A stretch of DNA of 64,000 nt from Candidatus Binatia bacterium (GCA_963664395.2 OY761159.2:3552001-3616000), one strand, 5' to 3'; numbered from the stretch's first letter, positions 28,930-39,777 are shown. The notes: generated by a model from the sequence alone, not told the origin. Numbers and translations: made by a program.

Positions 28930-29970
28930 ATGAAAATGTTGGCACGTTTACTCATTTTCGCCTGGGTGTGTTTTCTCCCGGCTTGCTCTCCGTTGTACAT
29001 CCTGCGGGCCGGCTATGAAGAAGCAAAAATTCTGTGGTATCGCCGACCCATTGCCGACATCCTGCGGGAGCCCGGTCAGCTTGATCTTTCCACCCGAGAA
29101 AAACTCCGGATCGTCCTGCGTGTGCGCGCCTTTGCCGCTCAGGACCTCGGCTTCCGGGTTGGCGGGAGTTATGGCAGCGTGTCCGAACTCCCCTCTCCAC
29201 TCACCATTCAGGTGGTCACCGCGGCCCACCGGACGCATTTGGAAGCCTATACCTGGTGGTTCCCCATTGTCGGCAGCGTCTCGTACAAAGGGTATTTTGA
29301 CAGCGCGGAAGCACACGCAGAGGCACGGCGTTTAGAGGCGCAGGGATTTGACACCTATATTCGGACCGCCGCAGCCTTCAGCACCCTGGGCTGGTTTGCC
29401 GACCCGCTGCTGCCCCACCTGTTGCGTTATGACCGGGCAACCTTGGCCAATATCGTGCTGCACGAGCTGTTTCATAATACGTTTTATCTGTCCGGGCAGA
29501 CGGCCTTTAACGAATCGCTCGCCAACTTTGCCGGCCATCGGGGCGCCATCGCCTTTTTTGCGAAAGCGCACGGCGAGACCCATGCCCTGACACAACGCCT
29601 GCGGGCCACCTGGGAAAAGGAGCTGGCTGTTTCACAATTTCTTGAACAGGCCCGTCAGCGGCTGACGACGTTATACGCGTCTGCGTTACCCGAAGCGGAA
29701 AAGCTGAGGCAACGAAAAGAATTATTCACGCAGCTACAGGCAGAATTTCGCCAACTGCCCGGAATTATTCCTCAAACCGCCGACTTTGCTTCCGTACAGC
29801 TCAATAACGCGGTCATCCTCCACTATTCGACCTATCTCAGAGATTTGAGCCTCTTCGAGCGGTTGTACGAGCAGCACAATCACGACCTGCGGCGCACATT
29901 GGACGCCATCACCTCGATTGCCGCGGACGCAGAGCAGCCGTTTGAGGCGGTGAGAGGAATGTCTTATTGA
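28930..29970 (+). CDS. Putative zinc aminopeptidase lipoprotein (DUF2265-like)
   Basis: Lipobox LPAC; WWFPIVGSVSYKGYF, FSTLGWF.DP, HELFH...FNESLA. Confidence 0.85.
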   Translation: MKMLARLLIFAWVCFLPACSPLYILRAGYEEAKILWYRRPIADILREPGQLDLSTREKLRIVLRVRAFAAQDLGFRVGGSYGSVSELPSPLTIQVVTAAHRTHLEAYTWWFPIVGSVSYKGYFDSAEAHAEARRLEAQGFDTYIRTAAAFSTLGWFADPLLPHLLRYDRATLANIVLHELFHNTFYLSGQTAFNESLANFAGHRGAIAFFAKAHGETHALTQRLRATWEKELAVSQFLEQARQRLTTLYASALPEAEKLRQRKELFTQLQAEFRQLPGIIPQTADFASVQLNNAVILHYSTYLRDLSLFERLYEQHNHDLRRTLDAITSIAADAEQPFEAVRGMSY

Positions 29971-29983
29971 GGAGGCTGGGGTC

Positions 29984-30034
29984 CTGGATTCCTGCCCCTG
30001 TTTTCACAGGGGTGACGTTCTTTCGCCGGAATGC
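29984..30034 (-). repeat. GTCATTCC..GGAATCCAG-type REP with a nested CACCCCTGTGAAAACAGGGG hairpin
   Basis: Reverse complement reads GGCATTCCGGCGAAAG-AACGTCACCCCTGTGAAAACAGGG-GCAGGAATCCAG; related to 55098-55125. Confidence 0.6.
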
Positions 30035-30063
30035 CGGGCGGCTACACAGCATCGTAATTTGCG

Positions 30064-30690
30064 CTAGGTCTGCTGAAGAAATGCGACCGCGGCTTGGGCG
30101 ACTTCGCTCTCTCTGGCCATAAGGAAATGGTCTGCACCGCTAATGGTCTCAAGCTGCGCTGGCATTTTTGAGACAAGTTCAGTCAGGTCAGGCAGGGGAG
30201 AGTAGGTGTCCCGGTCGCCACTGATGAACAGGGTCGGTTTGGTCACGTTCACAAGAAACGAGGGGTCGCGAACTCCAAGCGGAAAAGCCACGCCAATAAG
30301 ACTGTGAACCCGGTCGTCTTCTGCCCCGGCTCGCAGACCGACCATCGAGCCAAACGAGTAGCCGGCAACAACGACGGTCGAGACGGCCTGACGGTCGAGG
30401 AGAGCCGTGACGGCTGCTTTCACATCCTGGCACTCGGCCACGCCTTCGTCGTGTGCCCCTTCACTGTGTCCAACCCCGCGGAAATTAAATCGCAGCGTGG
30501 CAATGTTCTCCTTTTGGAAGGCGTGTGCTAACGCTGACACCACGTTGTTGTGCATTTCGCCACCGTACAGCGGGTGGGGATGACACAGCACCGCCCCTAT
30601 TGCGGGAGCCTGAGGTACTGTCGAAAGGAGACCTTCTAAGGTGAGGGCGGTGCTGTCATCGCCAACCGGAAAGGTGATGTGCTCTTCCAT
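30064..30690 (-). CDS. Alpha/beta hydrolase
   Basis: CHPHPLYGGEMHNNVV, RFNFRGVG, GYSFG, GADHF. Confidence 0.92.
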   Translation of the reverse strand: MEEHITFPVGDDSTALTLEGLLSTVPQAPAIGAVLCHPHPLYGGEMHNNVVSALAHAFQKENIATLRFNFRGVGHSEGAHDEGVAECQDVKAAVTALLDRQAVSTVVVAGYSFGSMVGLRAGAEDDRVHSLIGVAFPLGVRDPSFLVNVTKPTLFISGDRDTYSPLPDLTELVSKMPAQLETISGADHFLMARESEVAQAAVAFLQQT

Positions 30691-30835
30691 ACGTTCCTCC
30701 GTGTCTCACACGGGTAGGCGAAAACCCGGTGGAACACAAGTGGGAAACGCGCTTGCAACCGAGCACGCTGAGCGAAAGAATTTCTGGCGACATATCGGAT
30801 TCCGCCCTATAGGATATATGAGGATATATGGCCGT

Positions 30836-32158
30836 ATGAACCAGATGAAGCAGGAGTCCCGCGTCAAAAAAGTCCGGAGTTTCGATCTCCGGCAGCTGCG
30901 TACCGCCCTTACGCAGTGGCTGCCGCAGTGCTGCCACTTTTTTTCAGTTGTCCGCAAAAAGGTTCAGGACGATGCGCTCAGCCTGCGGGCCATGGGGCTC
31001 ACCTATGTGACCCTGTTGGCATTGGTGCCGCTCTTGGCGGTGATGTTTGCCGTTCTCAAGGCATTTGGGGTACAAAACCTTATCGAACCGTCACTGTCCC
31101 AAGCCCTGGAGCCGTTGGGCGAGCGGGGGGCTGAAATTACTCAGCGCGTCCTGGAGTTTGTGAACAACCTGCGGGTCGGTGTGCTGGGCACGGTAGGGGT
31201 GGCGACCTTGTTCTATACCGTCATCTCGCTCATCAGCAAAATTGAAGACTCGCTCAATCACGTCTGGCAAGTGCGTCGTTCCCGTACCTGGGGCAAGAAG
31301 TTCAGTGACTATCTGAGTGTGGTATTGGTTGGTCCGGTTCTCGTCTTTACCTCATTGACCGTCATTGCCTCGGCCCAGAGTCACACGATTGTGCAATATA
31401 TGGTTGCGAACGAGCTGCTTGGCCCGCTCGTTCTGGTCGCTACGCGACTGATGCCGTTCGCCTGTTTATGTATTGCCTTCACGTTTCTGTACACCTTCGT
31501 CCCCAACACGGCTGTTCGTTTTGGCTCAGCACTCATAGGCGGCGCGGTCGCGGCTCTTTTGTGGCAGTTGGCCGGGACCGGTTTTGCAACCTTTGTTGCC
31601 AGCTCCGGGCGCTATGCGGCCATCTACTCGAGCTTTGCCATACTGGTTTTCTTTTTTATTTGGTTGTACGCTAACTGGCTTATTATCCTGATTGGCTCCG
31701 AAGTTGCCTATTTTCATCAATATCCAAGCGCCTACCGAGCCGAACTGGATGGCAAAACTCCGTTGTCGCAGGAGCGCCTCGCGTTGACTGCCCTGGTTGA
31801 AATTACGCGGCGCTATCTCGCCGAACAAACGCCGTGGTCGGTGACCGCTCTTGCCACAAGTATGCGCGTTCAGCTCTCCGTGCTGGAGCCGCTGATTGAC
31901 ACGCTGCTGGCACAAGGCGTTCTCTTGCAGACCACCCAGCCGGAGGGCATTGTGCTTGGCCGTCCGCCCGAGCAGATTGAGGTTGTGACTGTGCTGGATA
32001 CCCTTCGTACGACTGCGTTTGAGCAGGCTGCAATTGAGGGCGGAGATTCCATCTCAGCTCTATTCGAGCGGCGCGACCGGGCTGTCTCTCAGGCCCTTGA
32101 CGGCATCACGCTCCGCTCTTTAGTTACCGCAGGTCCCGCAGGTCCTTTGGACCGTTAG
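30836..32158 (+). CDS. YihY/virulence factor BrkB family membrane protein with C-terminal wHTH-like domain
   Basis: LTYVTLLALVPLL, LYTFVPNT, IYSSFA...WLYANWLIILIGSE. Confidence 0.88.
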   Translation: MNQMKQESRVKKVRSFDLRQLRTALTQWLPQCCHFFSVVRKKVQDDALSLRAMGLTYVTLLALVPLLAVMFAVLKAFGVQNLIEPSLSQALEPLGERGAEITQRVLEFVNNLRVGVLGTVGVATLFYTVISLISKIEDSLNHVWQVRRSRTWGKKFSDYLSVVLVGPVLVFTSLTVIASAQSHTIVQYMVANELLGPLVLVATRLMPFACLCIAFTFLYTFVPNTAVRFGSALIGGAVAALLWQLAGTGFATFVASSGRYAAIYSSFAILVFFFIWLYANWLIILIGSEVAYFHQYPSAYRAELDGKTPLSQERLALTALVEITRRYLAEQTPWSVTALATSMRVQLSVLEPLIDTLLAQGVLLQTTQPEGIVLGRPPEQIEVVTVLDTLRTTAFEQAAIEGGDSISALFERRDRAVSQALDGITLRSLVTAGPAGPLDR

Positions 32159-32177
32159 CCGTCTCCACTCTTCCCCC

Positions 32178-34067
32178 GTGTTTGCTGTTGCCCACTATGA
32201 CGAAGCTGTGAGAAAGGAGAATGCCCGGTATCTTCAGCCCGTCCTGTCTCTTTCCGTCCTGTTCTGTTTCGTCTGGATGTTGGGCTGGGGAGATGCCGTT
32301 TTTGCCCTCTCGCTCGAACAACTCGACCCGGAACGTGAATGGCGGGTCGAGTCGATAGGGCTGTCCGGCAACGAAAAGTTTGACACAAAGACCTTGCTGG
32401 CCGAGCTGCAAACGACAGCGCGGCCCTGGTATATGCCGTGGAAAAAGAGACCGCTCTTCGACCCCGTCACGTTTGAGACGGACCTTGAACGGGTCCGGCA
32501 GTATTATGAAACCCAGGGCTATTATCAGGTAGAGGTGACGTATGATATGCACACCGATGACGCGCAGGGCGTGGTTGCCCTCGCGGTTCAGATCACAGAG
32601 AACGAGCCCGTTACGGTGGGGTCGCTGGGTGTGGAGGTCGCTGCCGAATCACAAACGGCAGTGGTCGAGCTGCCGGAGCGTTTACCGCTTGAGACCGGGG
32701 CAACATTTACCCAGGCGGCCTATGTCCGGGCTGAGCAGGATCTCCGTCAGGTCTTTCTTCAGCATGGCCGTTCCTGGGTTGAAATCGAACGCAAAGCAGC
32801 CGTTGACCTGAATACCCGGCAGGCCCGGATTGTGTACTCCATCACACCGGGACCGCCCACCATATTCGGGACAACCCACATTGACGGTACGCGTGAGGTT
32901 GATCCGCAACTCGTGCTCAGGGAAGTCACCTATGCGTCCGGTGAGCCTTTTTCCCTGGCGGATATTGAGGCGTCGCGTCAGAATATCCTTGGCTTGGATC
33001 TTTTTCACTCGGTGAATATGGAGCTCCAGCAGGCGGACGAAAAACCGCGCCATGTCCCCATCCGGATACGCGTGGCGGAGAAAGAGCCGCGCAGCATTCG
33101 GCTTGGTGCCGGCTATAGCACGGACGAGGAGTTTATGGGTCAGGCCGCGTGGCGGCATCGGAATTGGTTGGGCGGAGGGCGGCGCCTCTCTGTCGCGCTG
33201 CGTTTGTCTGCCCTCCAGCGTTCTATTGGAGCCACGTTTGTGCAGCCCTACTTTCTGGCCCATGACACTGCGCTGCACAGTGACGCGCAGCAAGGACAGG
33301 AAGATGAAGAGACGTATCTCCTCAATTATTCCCGCCTGCGGCCACGTATTGAGCGCCATTTCTCTCCGACCTTCTCCGGCTTTGTCGGCTATCGTGCCGA
33401 GTTTCTGAAATTCAACGAAGTAGGCAGTTCCACCATCCGCACCCTGGGGGGCCTTCGCCGCGAGGGCGTCTTGTCCGGTCCCACCCTTGGTCTGGTCTGG
33501 GATACGACTGAAGATCTCTTGAATCCGACCCAGGGGGGGATACTGTCTGTGTTTGCCAATCAAGCGGGAAAAGTCTGGGGCGGCGACTATCAGTTTTTTA
33601 ACCTGACTGCCGAAGCCAAACGCTATCGGCGTCTCGGCTGGGGGGTTGTCCTCGCCAGCCGCCTCAAAATCGGCCTCAGCGACTTTTTTGGATCACCGCG
33701 CAATATCCCCCTGTCCGAGCGCCTGTATGCCGGAGGCGGCGGGGGTGTGCGTGGCTATGGCCGGCGCAAACTTGGGGCATTGAACGCTGCGGACGACCCG
33801 CTTGGAGGACTCAGTGTGATCGAAGGCTCAGTCGAACTTCGTCGGTCGTTATGGCGCCAATTAGCCGGGGCGGTCTTCCTCGATTTTGGTCAGCTCTCGC
33901 TTGATGCCTATGATATTCCTGTTGATAATCTCCAATTTACGCCGGGCTTTGGGGTGAGTTATGCCACGCTCATCGGACCGTTGCGGCTCGATATCGGTTT
34001 TCCAATCGAGCCTGCGGAGGATGATGAGCCGTGGCAGGTCCATTTCAGCATTGGGCAATCGTTTTGA
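32178..34067 (+). CDS. tamA: Omp85/TamA family outer-membrane protein
   Basis: POTRA repeats, YAGGGGGVRGY, GPLRLDIG, terminal HFSIGQSF; start uncertain. Confidence 0.85.
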   Translation: MFAVAHYDEAVRKENARYLQPVLSLSVLFCFVWMLGWGDAVFALSLEQLDPEREWRVESIGLSGNEKFDTKTLLAELQTTARPWYMPWKKRPLFDPVTFETDLERVRQYYETQGYYQVEVTYDMHTDDAQGVVALAVQITENEPVTVGSLGVEVAAESQTAVVELPERLPLETGATFTQAAYVRAEQDLRQVFLQHGRSWVEIERKAAVDLNTRQARIVYSITPGPPTIFGTTHIDGTREVDPQLVLREVTYASGEPFSLADIEASRQNILGLDLFHSVNMELQQADEKPRHVPIRIRVAEKEPRSIRLGAGYSTDEEFMGQAAWRHRNWLGGGRRLSVALRLSALQRSIGATFVQPYFLAHDTALHSDAQQGQEDEETYLLNYSRLRPRIERHFSPTFSGFVGYRAEFLKFNEVGSSTIRTLGGLRREGVLSGPTLGLVWDTTEDLLNPTQGGILSVFANQAGKVWGGDYQFFNLTAEAKRYRRLGWGVVLASRLKIGLSDFFGSPRNIPLSERLYAGGGGGVRGYGRRKLGALNAADDPLGGLSVIEGSVELRRSLWRQLAGAVFLDFGQLSLDAYDIPVDNLQFTPGFGVSYATLIGPLRLDIGFPIEPAEDDEPWQVHFSIGQSF

Positions 34068-34081
34068 GGGAGGGGGAAGGG

Positions 34082-37000
34082 GTGCGGTCTGTGCGGCGAA
34101 TTCTGCTGATTGTCGGGAGCCTGGGCGCTCTGCTCGTTATTGGGGCGCTCCTTTTTCTTCGGACCGCCCAGTTTCAGGCACTCCTGCACGCTCACCTCGT
34201 CTCAAGCCTGAATGCGACCCTGCCTGGGGACGTCAGCCTGGGCGGGGTCGCAGGCTCTGTGTGGCAGGATCTGCAGCTCACCGACTTTATCGTTCGCTAC
34301 GAAGAAAAAGATGTCGTCCGCATTCCGCGGTTGACAGTCCGGTATGCGCTGCGGTCCCTCCTCACCGGCCAGGTCCACATTACGCACATTGACGTGCATG
34401 AGCCTGTCGTCCGACTGGTCCAGGACGCGGCCGGCAATTGGAATCTGCTCAAAGCCCTCGTTCCGGACGCAACACAGGCAGCCGGCACCCACAAAGACAA
34501 TACGCCGGGCGCTGGTGTCGGTATGGATGTTGTCCTCAACGCCTTCAGCATCCACAACGCAACGATCGAGATTGCTCTAGCCGACCGGGCCGCAGCGTCT
34601 CCGTATCGCTTGCACGATATGACCCTTGAGGCCCATGCTGGATTGGAGGGTGAGCGGCTGCATGCCGTACTCGACAGATTTGCAGTCACTATTGCTGCGG
34701 CGCCGCTTCCTCCGCTGAACATTGTCGCTTCGGCAGCGATACACGGAGGCCTGGACAAGCTGTCCATCGACATACCGCACGTTTCCATTACCTCGGCGCA
34801 TTCTCAATTGCAGTTTGCCGGCCAAGTCAAAGATCTGAACGCTATGGCGCTGGACGGAACGCTCTCTATTCAAAAACTGGCCGCGGCTGACCTGGCCGCG
34901 GTCGTTCCCGGCTGGCCGGTACAAGACGATATATCCGGAGAAGTCCGTGTCACAGGTACACTCGCTGATATGCACACTGATGTGACGCTGGCTGTTGCGG
35001 ACGCAGCCCTCACGCTGAACACGCAGGCCGACCTGAGTCAAAGCGTACCCTCATACGCCGGCACAATGGCTTTCTCTCGTTTTGATATGGCAAAGCTCCT
35101 CGGTGACGCCGCACTTGCAGGTATATTTGAGGGTAGCCTGGAAGTGGCCGGGCAGGGGGCAGACCTGGCCGTTCTGACTGGGGCAACTGCGCTCCAGGTC
35201 CAGGCGCTGCGTGTTGGGGCGTGGCACGTCGGCGATGTGGGGCTGCATGGTACTCTGAAACAACAAGTGGGCGAGATCAATGGGACAATAGTGGCGGAGT
35301 CGGGCCAGGCAAACTGGAGCGCCGCAATCCAGCTTGCCGACGAGTTTGCGTACACATTCAAACTTGTGGTCGATCATCTTGATCTGCAAAAAACTGTTCC
35401 CGGCGTACCGGCGGGAAATGAGGCGCAAGCGGATACTCGGACTGTGATGACGAGCGACCTGAATCTGTCCGGTACGGTGCAGGGCAAAGGCATGGATCCG
35501 TCCAGTATGGATGTCCGGGCGGTGTTTGATATTGCTCCTTCGAGTATCGGCCCAATAACAATATACACTGGTCGTCTTGACGCCTCGGTGGCTGACGGGA
35601 AGGTGGATATTGCCGATGTCCGGCTCAAAGCCCAGGGGGCGAGCGTCACAATGCAAGGGGAACTTGGCACGACGTTGGAAGACGCGGGGAGACTTTCGTA
35701 CCAGCTCAACGTCACGGACTTTTCCCCTTGGCTGGCTCTGGCCGACCAAAAAGGGACCGGCCGGCTCACGCTCGCAGGTGAGGCTGAAGGTAACCTGGCA
35801 GACCTGCATGTCACTGGCGCATTGCAGACGCAGTCCGTGGCCCTGGAAGGCTATGCTCTCTCACAGGGGACGGTCGAGTATAATCTGACTGGGGTCGGAC
35901 GGGAATGGCCGCAAGGGAGAATACAGGTTGAGTTAGCTGGACTGAATGCCGGGATCGCGCTGCAATCTGTGGACGCACAATTGGAGTTTACGTCCGAAAA
36001 TGCGCCAGATGCGCCAGATGCGCCAGATGCGCCAGATGCGCCAGATGCGCCGGGTGCGCCCGGTGTGCAGATGACGGTTCACGCGACGGACACTGCGTCT
36101 CGGCACCACCATCTGGATACCCGGATGACCCAGTCGCCCGACCAGTTGACCGTCTCTGTGAATGCGCTTGCGCTTGCGCTGCCCGGCGGCGTCTGGGAAC
36201 TTGTACAGCCGGCTTCCGTTCTGCGGCGACAGGGGGAAATAGCGGTCAACTCCGTACAACTGAGGAATGGCGACCAACGCATTTTTTTAGACGGAAGGGT
36301 CTCAACAAAAGGCGCGCAGGATTTTCAGGTGCGGCTTGAGGAGTTTGCCGTAGCCGATCTGCGTCCTCTCATCTCGGATATGCCGAATATGCCGGCCGTG
36401 AGTGGTGTGCTGTCTACGCATATGCGGCTCTCCGGGACTGCCCAGACACCGATTATAAAGGGAAACCTCAATATCGATACCTTAAAAGTTGAACAGCTCT
36501 TGGAACAGCCCTCTACCGGGCTGTCGGCTTCGTTTGCCTATCAGGACAAGCGGGCCACACTCGATCTGACCTTTGAGCAGGATGCGCAGCACTCCTTGCA
36601 GGTCAGCGGGACGCTGCCGCTCTCCCTGCACTGGCAGGCTGGGCAGGCTGGGCAGGCTGGACTCACAACAGAAATCCTGGGGGACATGGATGCCCGCGCT
36701 TGGTCAAGCGGATTGAGCCTTGCTTTCTTGAACGCTCTGAGTGGCGAAGGGGTAAGCGACATTGCTGGTGAACTGAGCGTTGACATGCGGGTGCGCGGAC
36801 CGCTCGCAGACCCGTTTCCCCAAGGAACGGTCACGCTCCGAAACGGTCGGGTCACAGTGAGCCCACTTGGAATAGAGATTTCCGATATGACGCTTGCGCT
36901 GGTCACTGATCCCGAGACGATTCGTATTGAAGAACTCTCTGCTGTCTCCGGAAAAGGCAAGATTGAAGGGCAGGGGGCACTGCGCTTGCTCAATTATGTG

Positions 37001-38011
37001 CCGCAGGACATAGACGTGGCCCTGACTGTTGATACATGGCCGGCTATTCATACCGGGCGGTATGAAGCTGAAGTTGGGGCGGATGTGAGAATTCACGGAG
37101 CCCTCACCGCACCGCATGTGAGTGGCAGGGTTGAAGTCCTGCGGGCAGCCCTGCGCCCGGACCTTGCCTTTCTCGATAGCAGACCAATCAACCGGGATGA
37201 AACCATTCTCATTATCCCGGTCGGTGAGACCGCCAGTTCTCTGGCCGAGCAATACGCGGCAGAGCAGGCGGCTGAAAACAGGGTCGCTCACAATACGACG
37301 TTAGACCTGACGGTCCGGGTCCATCGGGATACCCGGATCAAACACGCAAATGCCTCGGTTGATTTGGCCGGCGAGGTCAAGGTTACGAAGGAGCCCGGTG
37401 CAGAGCCACGCCTGGTTGGGGATATTGAAGTGGTTCGAGGCTGGGCAGGCTTCCAGGGGCGTCGTTTCACCTTGGATGGTGGCAAGGTGAGGTTTACCGG
37501 AGGAAAAGAGACGAACCCCACTCTGGACATTGTGGCGCAATACCAAGCGCCCGAGCATGTGGTTGAAGCCGTTGTCCGGGGAACAGCACGAGAACCTACG
37601 CTCGTCTTACGCAGTGATCCGAAATTGGAACAAGCCGATATCCTGGCGGTCCTCCTTTTTGGAAAGCCGGCTAGCGCGCTCGATCAAGGCGAGAAACTTG
37701 ACCTTGAGAAACAGGCTCTGGCCATCACGGGTGGCTACGCTGCTGCCAAGATTGGTGAGTCGGTCTCTCAAGCGCTCGGACTGGAGAAACTTGGGGTCGG
37801 GCTCCAGAATTTGGATATCGTCGACCGGACGGTCGGCTTTGGGCTCGCTCTGACCAAGGGGTTACATGTATCCGTCGCTCAGGATCTGACGAAAAAGGGT
37901 GAGCGTAAAGTCTCACTGGAATATCAGCTCAGCCCGAACTGGCAGATCGATACGTCCTCCAGTTCGGGGGGCGCGAGCGAAGCCCATATTTCGTGGCAGA
38001 AAAAATACTGA
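34082..38011 (+). CDS. tamB: TamB/AsmA-family translocation module protein
   Basis: N-terminal TM anchor, long beta-taco region, C-terminal DUF490-like segment (NPTLDI, LRSDPKLEQADILAVLLFG); follows tamA. Confidence 0.85.
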   Translation: MRSVRRILLIVGSLGALLVIGALLFLRTAQFQALLHAHLVSSLNATLPGDVSLGGVAGSVWQDLQLTDFIVRYEEKDVVRIPRLTVRYALRSLLTGQVHITHIDVHEPVVRLVQDAAGNWNLLKALVPDATQAAGTHKDNTPGAGVGMDVVLNAFSIHNATIEIALADRAAASPYRLHDMTLEAHAGLEGERLHAVLDRFAVTIAAAPLPPLNIVASAAIHGGLDKLSIDIPHVSITSAHSQLQFAGQVKDLNAMALDGTLSIQKLAAADLAAVVPGWPVQDDISGEVRVTGTLADMHTDVTLAVADAALTLNTQADLSQSVPSYAGTMAFSRFDMAKLLGDAALAGIFEGSLEVAGQGADLAVLTGATALQVQALRVGAWHVGDVGLHGTLKQQVGEINGTIVAESGQANWSAAIQLADEFAYTFKLVVDHLDLQKTVPGVPAGNEAQADTRTVMTSDLNLSGTVQGKGMDPSSMDVRAVFDIAPSSIGPITIYTGRLDASVADGKVDIADVRLKAQGASVTMQGELGTTLEDAGRLSYQLNVTDFSPWLALADQKGTGRLTLAGEAEGNLADLHVTGALQTQSVALEGYALSQGTVEYNLTGVGREWPQGRIQVELAGLNAGIALQSVDAQLEFTSENAPDAPDAPDAPDAPDAPGAPGVQMTVHATDTASRHHHLDTRMTQSPDQLTVSVNALALALPGGVWELVQPASVLRRQGEIAVNSVQLRNGDQRIFLDGRVSTKGAQDFQVRLEEFAVADLRPLISDMPNMPAVSGVLSTHMRLSGTAQTPIIKGNLNIDTLKVEQLLEQPSTGLSASFAYQDKRATLDLTFEQDAQHSLQVSGTLPLSLHWQAGQAGQAGLTTEILGDMDARAWSSGLSLAFLNALSGEGVSDIAGELSVDMRVRGPLADPFPQGTVTLRNGRVTVSPLGIEISDMTLALVTDPETIRIEELSAVSGKGKIEGQGALRLLNYVPQDIDVALTVDTWPAIHTGRYEAEVGADVRIHGALTAPHVSGRVEVLRAALRPDLAFLDSRPINRDETILIIPVGETASSLAEQYAAEQAAENRVAHNTTLDLTVRVHRDTRIKHANASVDLAGEVKVTKEPGAEPRLVGDIEVVRGWAGFQGRRFTLDGGKVRFTGGKETNPTLDIVAQYQAPEHVVEAVVRGTAREPTLVLRSDPKLEQADILAVLLFGKPASALDQGEKLDLEKQALAITGGYAAAKIGESVSQALGLEKLGVGLQNLDIVDRTVGFGLALTKGLHVSVAQDLTKKGERKVSLEYQLSPNWQIDTSSSSGGASEAHISWQKKY
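36002..36064 (+). repeat. In-frame 9-bp tandem repeat in tamB (APD x5, APG x2)
   Basis: GCGCCAGAT x5 then GCGCCGGGT and GCGCCCGGT. Confidence 0.9.
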
Positions 38012-38211
38012 GGTATTCGTGCGTTGAGCGTGATACGGACGAGCGCGGCTGTATTGAAGAACACGAACCCCACCGCCGTTCATTTCGGGTCCGCGCACAG
38101 GTCCGCGCATTTGTTTCAATCCGGGCTATGCGGTATTCTAAAAAAGAAGCGCCTAGAGCGCGCCGGCCATGAGGGGGAAGAGGAGGCCGGTGGTGGAAGG
38201 AGGGGGATGAC

Positions 38212-39561
38212 GTGGGGACTCAGAATCATTATCGAAGTGGCAGTCTCAACCTCAACGTGAGGGGGCTCAAACAGTCAGCGACCTTAGCGATCAATGAACA
38301 GAGCAACGCGCTCCGCCGCGCAGGACGCCGCATCTATAAACTTGGGTTGGGTCAATCGCCCTTTCCCGTTCCGTCTGAAGTTGTGGATGCGCTCAAGCAT
38401 CACGCCCACGAAAGAGACTACCTGCCCGTCACCGGTCTGCCCGCCTTACGTGAAGCAGTGGCAGAGTTTCATCGCCAGAAAGACCATGTGGAGGCCCGCC
38501 CCGAGGGTGTCCTGGTCGGGCCTGGTTCAAAGGAACTCATGTTCCTCCTCCAGCTTGCCTTTTATGGCGAATTGCTGGTGCCGTCCCCGGCCTGGGTGTC
38601 TTATGTGCCACAGGCTCGCATCATCGGTCGGACCGTCAATCTGATACAGACGACATTCGAAGAGAACTGGCGCGTCTCTCCCCGGCGCTTGGAAGAAATC
38701 TGTCAGGCCGACCCGGACCGGCCGCGTATTCTCGTGTTGAATTATCCAGGGAACCCCGAAGGGGGTAGCTATACGGCGCAGGAACTCGAAGAGCTGGCTG
38801 CGGTCGCGCGTCGTTTTGGCGTGATTCTGCTGTCGGATGAAATTTATGGTCAACTGCATCACCAGGGGGCGCACGTGTCTGTTGCCCGTTTCTATCCGGA
38901 AGGAACAATTATCAGTTCCGGGCTGTCCAAATGGTGTGGGGCTGGCGGTTGGCGGCTGGGGACTTTTACCTTTCCGTCGGACTTGGACTGGCTGCTGGAC
39001 GCGATGGCTGCCGTCGCCAGCGAGACCTATACCTCGGTCAGCGCCCCGATTCAGTATGCGGCGATCCGGGCGTTTCAGGATGGCATTGCGATCGAGCGCT
39101 ATCTCTCGCACGTCCGCCGTATTCTGTCGGCCCTGGGCCAACACTGCACCCAGATTCTGCAGGCAGCCGGCGTCCGGGTGCAGGCGCCGGTGGGAGCCTT
39201 TTATCTCTTTCCGGACTTTTCACATTTTGCCAAGCGGCTTGCGCGGCGCGGGATTACGGATAGTGTCTCTTTGTGTGAAAATCTCCTGCACGATACCGGC
39301 GTCGCCGTCCTGCCCGGATCGGTCTTTCAGCGACCGCGGGAAGAACTCACCGCTCGGATTGCCTATGTCGGCTTCGACGGCGCGAAGGCACTCACCGCGA
39401 GTGAGGCGATTCCGCTCGACCACGACCTACCGACCGATTTTATTGAGCGCTGGTGTGGAGATATGACCGAAGCCGTGCAGCGCATGACGAGCTGGGTGGC
39501 GGAAACGAAGTCGCCCAAAGTCGTAGATCTGGTAGATCGAAAAGAAAGGGCCAGCGGGTAA
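38212..39561 (+). CDS. PLP-dependent class I/II aminotransferase (aspartate aminotransferase-like)
   Basis: LGLGQSPFP, NYPGNPEG, LSDEIY, SGLSKWCGAGGWRLG. Confidence 0.92.
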   Translation: MGTQNHYRSGSLNLNVRGLKQSATLAINEQSNALRRAGRRIYKLGLGQSPFPVPSEVVDALKHHAHERDYLPVTGLPALREAVAEFHRQKDHVEARPEGVLVGPGSKELMFLLQLAFYGELLVPSPAWVSYVPQARIIGRTVNLIQTTFEENWRVSPRRLEEICQADPDRPRILVLNYPGNPEGGSYTAQELEELAAVARRFGVILLSDEIYGQLHHQGAHVSVARFYPEGTIISSGLSKWCGAGGWRLGTFTFPSDLDWLLDAMAAVASETYTSVSAPIQYAAIRAFQDGIAIERYLSHVRRILSALGQHCTQILQAAGVRVQAPVGAFYLFPDFSHFAKRLARRGITDSVSLCENLLHDTGVAVLPGSVFQRPREELTARIAYVGFDGAKALTASEAIPLDHDLPTDFIERWCGDMTEAVQRMTSWVAETKSPKVVDLVDRKERASG

Positions 39562-39578
39562 ACCGGGCCAAAAAGACG

Positions 39579-39653
39579 TTTCCCCTCTCCCCCGCCCTCT
39601 CCCCCACGGGGCGAGGGGGCAAAAAAGGTAGGGGCAACCCCCCGTGGTTGCCC
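39579..39653. repeat. Two adjacent REP-like hairpins (CCCTCTCCC..GGGCGAGGG type and GTAGGGGCAACC..GGTTGCCC type)
   Basis: CCCCTCTCCCCCGCCCTCTCCCCCACGGGGCGAGGGGG, then GTAGGGGCAACCCCCCGTGGTTGCCC. Confidence 0.7.
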
Positions 39654-39673
39654 GACCCCGTGGTTGCTTCTCC

Positions 39674-39701
39674 TTGACACGCAACAAATCAGTCTTACCT
39701 T
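39674..39701 (+). promoter_or_regulatory. Possible sigma70 promoter of clpB
   Basis: TTGACA-N16-TACCTT; imperfect -10. Confidence 0.35.
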
Positions 39702-39777
39702 TTTCGTAGTCAAGACTCACAGCCAGTTAAGCACAACAGGGCCAAAGAGCCAAGCTGGCTGGAGGAAGGAGGGCAGC

